From the NCBI GenBank assembly GCA_965202585.1, contig OZ241827.1, positions 21,266,001 to 21,330,000 of the forward strand: a DNA stretch of 64,000 nt, given 5' to 3'. This DNA is from Thalia democratica. Taxonomy: Eukaryota. Numbering within the stretch: the first letter of the stretch is position 1; the number at the start of each line of letters is the position of its first letter. The translations under genes were made by a program, and so were the position numbers. Shown piece by piece: positions 24,401 to 33,400 of this stretch. The notes below the pieces were generated by a model. That model saw nothing but the letters and a program-made list of their open reading frames with translations, searched no databases and had not been told where the DNA came from.

Positions 24401-27400
24401 AAACTTTAATGTTTAACACTATTGTTCAAAAGAAAAAAAGTTTATATTTATAAACTTACATGATTTCTTAAAATAACAACAATGATTCGGTATATTGAAT
24501 AAAAAATTAAAACTAACAAGGTTGTGTCCACATTTAGTACCTTCTGCTGCTGGCATGTATTTTGTTTCACAGACTTCGCCTTTTCCACACCACAATGTTT
24601 TACAAATTCCTTCCTACAAATATTTGTTGTATAATACTACTTGTTTATTTACATATGAAATTAAATGCTAAAGCTTTATTAATTCAGGTTGCTTCACACT
24701 CACTCAAAATTATCATAATTAAAATTTACTGTTTCGTGAAGTGTTACAATTGAGTTTTGCCCTGTAATCAAACCTTTCATGTTACTTTTGTGTTATTTTA
24801 CTTTTATGTTATAACTTTGCATTTTGAGCTTGAATAAACATATTAGAAAATTTTCATTCAACTTTTCCGTTTGGTCAAGATTAAGTGATTGTGAATGCTC
24901 CGAACCGGTTTGAACCGCAACAGTTTCACCTCGACTTTTATTCAACGCTCAATGTATCAGGCAAATATAATTTTTTCCGTGTGTTTGCTCCATTGTTTGT
25001 TTTTCATCAGTTGGTAGCGTTAAGCTGCTAGTTTTTATCGCCGAATGTTAGGTAAACACTCAACTGATAATTGGACTTATAAGGTTTTAAAATACTTTAA
25101 ATGCGCTAAAACATTCTTTTGTACAGTTTATGTAGGTCATAAAAAATTAAAACCACGAATTTTACTAGTTTGTATAACATTTTGCAGAATATTTAACTTA
25201 TTAGTTAATTGTTTATTTAAGACAAAAAATAAGTAAAAAATTTCGGAGTACTCAGCTGTTTAAATGCAGTAAACTTATACTTTTACGACATATAACGACT
25301 TCAATTAAAATTCTTAGTTTGTTCCTGGCTGTACAGAAAGTCATGCTATAGCTTAATTTGATTTTCAACAGCGCATTCTTGCAGCGATAATTTTAGGCTT
25401 ACAGCAAGAAATTACAAAGAGAAGTTTTAAGTGGTTTCGTAATTAGGTGATTGCCTACAAAAATCTTGTACATAAATGTGAGGTACCACTCAAAACGTCC
25501 ATCAAAAATCGTCTTTTCCGAGCAGGCATTTTAATTAAATAATCTTCAGAGCATTTGAAAACGTGCTATGCTTCAACCTGGCAATTAAACCTCCCAACAA
25601 CGCTATCGCGCACCCCAATAAAAAAACTATCAAATTAGATATAGATTTACGGTTGCTGCCACATAAGCTAATCACTTAGTTAGAGCTATTTCTAGAATGT
25701 TAAATATAAACGGTGCTACCAAACATAATAAGAGAGCCGCTGCAACAATGCTTTGTTGCATAAACTTTCTTGTTTTCAACTAGCAACACTGCCAAGCTGC
25801 ACATTATAGCGCTCACCACAGGCGAAATTGCTAATATATTAGCCGTTTCGTTGTTTAAGTGTTAAATCAATTAGATTTGTGCAACGGTGAAAAATATTTT
25901 CATGTGCAATTGTGGCTGAATGCTGGGTAATGACTAGTTTTGTGCCAGCCGCAAATGCTTGAAAGATTTGGACGAACGCTTGAAGTGAATATTATATTCT
26001 TTCATAAAAAATAAGAAAAAAAAGTGTAATCACAAACAAAAAATAAGAAGTATTAATATATAAAGTAAACCCTTTTTGAAAAACTTCCAAACGATTGTAA
26101 ATGTCAGTTTTAAGACAACTAGATTTATAAGTTTCAAGCAGTCAAGTTTACAAACTCTATAAAGTTGCCCTTTCTAAGGTTTTAGCAGTTTCGTCAGTAT
26201 CAAATATTTAAACTTTTTTGTGTTTACGCATCTTTAATACGATCTAAATTCGCTGGTAGCCCAAAAAATAGGATAAACTTCAAAAACTTGACAAGTTAAA
26301 TTACCTTTTCCGTCGGCTTTTTTATTTTGTAACACCTTGTAAATTTTTTATACCTTAAGAGCGTAAAAAAACATTTAAATTGACGTCTTATCTTGTTTTC
26401 TCACGTAAATAGCGGAAGTGTAGAGATAAAGTTGATAAAAAGCACTATTCACAAAATAATCAAATTAGTTGTACAGTATTTCTTCTGCAGTAGCGTTCGG
26501 GTTCTACTATTATTTATTTAACAAATAAGCGTTTCAAGCTCAAGCTTAAAGTTTAACAATCATTAAAATGTGTTATTTTACCTCTACAACCATAACTGCT
26601 ATACACAGTACAATTTTTTCAGCTATACTTTGCTAGATGTACTCTCAACACACCTCTCTATATTTTCAATTGTGTAGAAAAAAAGTTAACTGCTAGCTAA
26701 CATTTCCTAGGTGTTCGGCTCAAACACGTTTCAAAAACTCATGTTCTCAACTGACCAGTCCGTGCTTGTACTTGTGGCGACACATCTCCGTCTTGTTGCC
26801 GAACTGCCAGCGACACTGCTCCTCCGCCGAGTAGGTTTGTCCCGGCTGCTCGTCCCGACCCACGTCGAACATGTCGTGGAGTTCCGACGTCACCCCGTCG
26901 TCCATGCACATACTGTCCGTGCTCCTGACGGTAAACATGTTTAATTTTTGCACATGCATGCACTTCTGGGAGTGAAGTATGTCATGAAAATTTAAATTGT
27001 TTTTTTATCAATTATATTGATTATAAACTAGAATTTATAATTGTCAGCGTTGCTTAACTTTTTTTGCTGAAAGTTTCAGTTTATAAATTCAAGCGTGTAC
27101 AAGCAAACTGGTTTTATGGAAAAGTCATGAGCAAACCTGATGAAATCTCTCAGAGCGTCCCTGCTGCACTGAGACCAGGTGAATACCCCGTTTCGAGAGT
27201 TTAACGTGGGCGACATGATGTTTCCCTCCCTCAAGTTGCACGTGCTGCTCTCCCCGTCGTGCCTCATGCCAAGACTGCAAATGAACGTTTTTAAATCCAT
27301 GTTTAAAACTACCGTTACATATACGTATATGTTATATATGTTACATATGTATATAATACATAATTATATTTTGTCAAATATCTGAAGTTAAAAAATCAGA

Positions 27401-30400
27401 GAAAAAAATTTAAAAGTAATTAAAAGCAGCTGAGTAAAGCATTTATCAAAAAATATTATTGTTGTATTAGCCTTCTCTAATGATGTTATTTGAAAAAAAA
27501 TCAACCTGTGACCAGTTTCGTGGGCCACGGTGAAGGCGAGACCGAGGCCGATGTCCTCGTTTATCGTGCAACTCTCCTTTCTCCGGCACATTCCTCCTAT
27601 TTGCGCCAGACCTGAAGTTTTGTAAGAAAATATTTAGTAAATTTGGTCTGATTCGATGTAAAATGTTTTTGAATAAATTTGTAACTAAGTGAACTTAATC
27701 AGTGAAACAAATACTAAAAAACTGAAAATCGGAAATTAGAAAATTTGTAAATACAATCAGTTTAGATTTACAGTTTTGATTTTTCAGCTTTAATCAATAT
27801 AACTTTTTGTACTGCTTTTAGTAAAAAATACATCTATTATATAGTTTTTAATAAAGCTGACATTTTCAGGTTCTCTTTTCTCATGCAACTACTGGTAAGT
27901 AGAGGTAGTTAATGCCACTTTTACACCTAAACTTTTTATACATGATACTTTATTTTGAAAAGTACCAAACTAAACCAAAAGAACAAAAACGTTATTAAAA
28001 AAGCACGTAAGTAGCCTAGAAACGCTTCAATTTGCGGGCAAAATTATTTTTATTACGGCTTTAACACCGTTTGAACTGGGATTATTCGGGAGTATTATGT
28101 TTCGAAGCTCTTTATACTTTAAAGTGTCTTCGATTCGCAGCAGGCTGAAAGAAGAAAATCCGATTGAAGTTCGAGCGCCCGTAAGCCTCATACGCATGAA
28201 TTTTACAGGTGGAACTTCAAAGGGGCGCATTCATTGCATATAACAATGACGCGCTTGTTCAGCTTTTTATATATTACATGACTTAACTTAAAAAAAAACT
28301 CTGTTAACGTTTTTTCTTGTTTTAGTTTTTAAATGCAAGCAAAGTTTGATTAAGTGTTTTTGTAATGCGAGAAAGTGTTCAAATAACTTTGTATGTATTT
28401 TATTTAACTATACTTTAAACATTTGTTAGAGGACATTTAAATATTAAACAGCTTTAATATGCTGGTGAGTCAGACTTTTTAATATTTTTTTGCTACTAAA
28501 CTGTTAACATTCTTGCACAAATAGTTATACTCTGAAACATGTAGGTAAAAAAATTTGAAGCCTAATAAACATATTATTATTTCGAATAAACAACTTTAAA
28601 AACTTGGCACGAACATTTTTTGTAAACTAAAGGTTATTTACTTCTGACCAAACTTCAAACAGCAACCAACCGAGCGTTCCGCATGGCTTGTTCTTGTTAA
28701 CGCAAATGTCAATTCCCGTTAGCAGGACGGAGTGGTCCGCTTTTTTCCCGCCACTTTTTTCCTGCTCGCGGTGCTGCCACTCGCAGAAGTTGAGGAGCGA
28801 CGTGTCGGCCCTGTGACTCAAGTCCAGCTCCTGCAAATTATTTTGATTGAACAACTATCCGTGTGAGCTTGTTTTAACGCTTTGCATAGTTTCGCTTCTC
28901 AAATCTAGTTAGCGTTAAAAAAGATTGCGTTGTTAGCGTTTTATTTCATTAAAACACTTGGTTTCAAAGTAGTAAAATAATTTTGATTTAATTTACTATT
29001 CCCCATGCTATTGTATATGAAACTGATACAGCTAAACAAACATTAAATTTAGAACTTAATGTCAACACAACTTACAGAGTCATCTTCCAACAAAACGATT
29101 CCAATTATTATAACATTCACGTCATTTTCTAATGATGGATCCGAAAACAAACTTGAAACCTAAATCAAATTTTAGTTAGTAAAAGTGACAGCTTTTGTTT
29201 TTTTTACGGATAAGATAAAACAGGTAAAATGCTGTTTTCCTACTCCCATGCTCTTATCAAAACAAATCAATGTTTTGATTTCTTCGAAAGAGAATGCATT
29301 TCCTTCTTAACTTTATTGTGTTTAAATGACTGAATAGGTTTTTACGTATTAAAAATATTTGAAGTTTTAAAACGTTGTATATTTTTCTAAACTTGATATT
29401 ACATTCCTAGAAAAAAAACAAATACTTTTTTTTACTTTCATATTGGTGTTTTTATTCTTTATTGTCTTTTAAATATTGAAAAAACTGCTATGTTTGAAAA
29501 ATTTAATCAAAATACTTCAGACAATAAAAAAGACGTCTACCATTAAGTGAACCTTTTAAGAGCTTTCTAATAAACAGTGAATTCAAAAGAAAAGTATTTA
29601 TTCTCTAAAGCGAAAATAACGAGAAAATATATTAATATCTTTTTAATATTTTAATTAAAATATTGTACTCTTCTTTTGTTATCTGTCATGTAGTGAAACT
29701 AAATGCAATACAAATGAAATTGATGTTTGTTTAAAATTAAGAGAAAATCTAAATCCTTCTAGTATGAAAACATTGCGCAAATTCTCCGTAAACTCATTGA
29801 CGCACCATCAACTTGTGGGGTCCGTTATTTTTTCATACACAGGCGTTAAGTGATTTGATTGTTATTAATTGCTGGAATTTAACATTTTCTTATGATAGCC
29901 AAGCTAACATCAATAAACAATTACTTATGAGGAACACCGGAGGAGAGGTTAAAATAATAAACAGCTTTTTATATGCAAACGAAAAAATTACAAGTACAAG
30001 TTCATACAAAACCAATGTGGAAATATTAAATAAAACTTGTTACAAAATCAGAAAGTATAAATAAAAAAAAACAGTTTGTACGACGATTAAGATAAAAAAA
30101 ATTATCAAAGTAAAATAATTATGTAAAGTTAACAAGTAAAAAACTATTCAACCTCAGAACAAAATAAAAATACCATGTTCATGATGGTGAGGATGTAGAT
30201 GGTGATGCTCCTCTCGTCGTTCTTGTGCTTCTCAATGAACTTCCTGTCCGCCACCACCAGCGTCTCCACCCGCTTCTTCCCGACCACCCCCGCTTCCCTC
30301 TCCTCGCTTCGATCCCTCCTGCTCGACAGCGCCGACCTCCTGAACCTCTTCTCGGCCTCGACCCTATCGACTTCGCGGTCGTCCTGCGGCGACGTGCGGA

Positions 30401-33400
30401 TCTCGCCGTTGGACAGGAGTCGGAGGGTCTTGTTCTCCAGACTCTCCTTGATGCTGACCGGGTCTGTGGTCGAAAGTTTGAAGTAATTTTTTTGTTTAAA
30501 GATGGCACTAAAAAGATTGTGGGTTGATTGAAAGTGTGGTTGAAGGTTTGAAAAATGTTAGAATTTAAAAAATAAGCTATAAGAAGAATCCCTGTTTTTA
30601 TTACGTTGCTGTCATGATCTTGAGAAATAAATGCACAAAATAATTGATAATTTATGAATTGCAATTTGCGGCGAATTTCACACGATGTAAATTGGTTCGA
30701 CGATTTAAAATAATGTTTTAGTATTTCACAAATTCCACGGTCAATCAATTCAATTAACCGTTGACAGAAGCATCCGTAATTTATACAAAAAAAGAGCAAT
30801 TATTTTCAAAGGCCTCTTTTATATAAAAACTGCCGCTGTGAAATTTTTCACAGTGAAAAAACATCATAATATTTATTGTTTTGCTAATTGATGACTGTAG
30901 CTGAATAGAAGGCGCGTTATGAATTACATGCTGTTGCTCTTAATTTAACTTGTCAGGTTTTCTATGAAAAAAAAGTTTATTTGTTTTATAAACATGACAA
31001 TTTCAACAGGGAGGTTTAAATGCTTGCAATATAAAACATTTTAAATCGGACAGGTAACGCAGCCTCAGTGTTAAAGAGTTCAAACCAATTTAACCTGGGA
31101 TAAAAATATGTATGATTTTTTAGAAAAGTGTGAGAATTTTAAAAGGTTAGTTAACAAGGAAACTACTAGATTTTTAAAAGCATTAACTATCGATTTCTAA
31201 AAAGTCAAACTCGTCAATATACCACTACAGGTTGTCAAACAATTTATTTTTGAGAAAATTCAGTTTAAGCTTTTTATTGAGTTTAAACAGTTTGTTTTTG
31301 CGGTTAGCAAACAAAACAAACTTTACTAAAAAGCTCGCCAAACACTAGAAGTTATATCGGCGAGTAAATAGCTGAGGAAAAGTTAAACTGTGTGAAAAAG
31401 TAGTTAATTCATCTTGTTTAACACAATAAATTTTTAGGATAATTAAAAATTTGAGGCTTAAGTGATCAATCAAGTTTTTTATTGTATTAGCCTATAAAAA
31501 AACTAAGAAAGTGTTTTTATCTTTGTTTTGATAAGTCTTTTTATGATAACTAAGTAATAATAGGTAACTTGTATACATAAACCATTTGTCATTTTTTGAA
31601 AGTCATTTAGTTAAAAGCAGCTTGTATTTATTGTAGTAATCACAAGGATAATGAACAAAAAACCATTGTTTATTATTTTGATGTCATAGGAAGTATTTTT
31701 GTTGATATTACATTAAAATAAGCGAAAATTAGACTTATCATTGTTTTGATTAACATCAATTTTTTCCATGTTTGTCTAAACTACTTTACACAGGTTCAAG
31801 TTTGAAATACCTGCAAACATTTTTTTTCTATTTCCTGTAAACTTCCAAGCCTTAAAAAGTTTGAGTAAACAGTAAACAATATTTCAGTGCTCTAATAGAA
31901 GCTCGTCACGGTTAATTGGTCAGGGAACAATGAAGTCAAAGAAGTAATAACATAAATCACAATCCAAAGGCCATTGCTGTGCGCGCATACGGAAAGCTTT
32001 GTTGGGAATTTTTAGGAATTTTCGAGTTTGTTAAGTGATAAGCATGTCAGCAGTTCGGCAGTTCAAAGGACGCAAAGTAGTTTTATGAGCTACATCAATT
32101 GAGTTTATTTAGCTGAAGCTTGCATTGACTTCTTCGTTTGAAAATTTATGTAACCGCTTGTGTCATTTCGAAATCGTAAATGTTTTTATAACAAGTTAAG
32201 AATACTTGAAAAAAACATTCTGTTTGATTTAGTAACCGGTGTTTGAACTTGTTTTAGTTGGGCAAATTTTTTATGACATCATAATTGAAGTAATTTAAAT
32301 ACAAAGCAGCATTTTTCACTACAAACTGTTTTTCGAGAAATTTTTTTCAACAATTGTATAAAACATGAAAGCTTTTCGAAAGACCAATGCACTCCAAACT
32401 TTATGACCCTTTAGTTTTTTATTCAAAGTTCCTTTAAAACTATGACCTCACGTTGCGAGACATCACGTACCAAAGCACCCCTTCACTTTTACAGAGCTTT
32501 TAAAATTTTCGGCCGGCTCGTTTCCCTTTGTTGCTATCAAGCAAAAATTTTCAAAAAAAATTATTAATCATCGACTCACGCCTCCTTCCCTTGCCGCAGT
32601 ACTGCAGCTTCTCCTCCTTGCCTCCTCCCTGGCTGGCTTGCACGTGGGCGGAGGAGTGGCGCTTCTTGTAGATGACGTGCGGCTTCGCGGACTCGAACCC
32701 GCGTCGCTCCTCCTCGCTCACAGCTTCGTCGTCCACCGGCTCGATTATGACGTCGTCGTCGCGGGTTCGCATCAGGCCCGTCTGTTGGTTTGAATGTTTT
32801 GATTAATTTAATTTTGTCTACTTCAATGATAAACTACCAACTTTTACTTTTAAAGTAATCTAAATCAAAGTTAAAGATAATCAAACTTCGTGCCAAATTT
32901 TTATTTTTTTTAAATGCTTTTATCTGAAATAAACTAAATTTATCAACAAAAAAGTTTAATATCTTTCTTTTTTTAAATGCCAATATTAGTATTTAACCGT
33001 AAAGCATGCCTACAGCTTCGAAACGAAAGTAGAATGACGTAATTATGGCTAATTGTTAAACAAGCGTGAAAATATGTGTGGCGAAAATCACGGAAGCTTT
33101 TCAGCCGATCTTTTATATTACAAAATCCTCGGGTATTATTAGATTACTTGTGAAATACAAAAAAAATTGAACAGTAACAAACAATTTATTTTTTGATTTA
33201 TCATGCTTTTCCGCTATTGTGTAAAGTTGACAGATTTACTTATGGTATAATTTTTTAAATTTAAACAGCTTAAAAATTCTAAATTCAGCGTACTTTATTC
33301 AGATTGATTTTTTGTTGAATATTCTTTTTAATGTAGTTGTTTTTTATTTTTAATAATAGCTAAAGATTTAAAACTTAAATATATAGTTGTTTTGTATATT

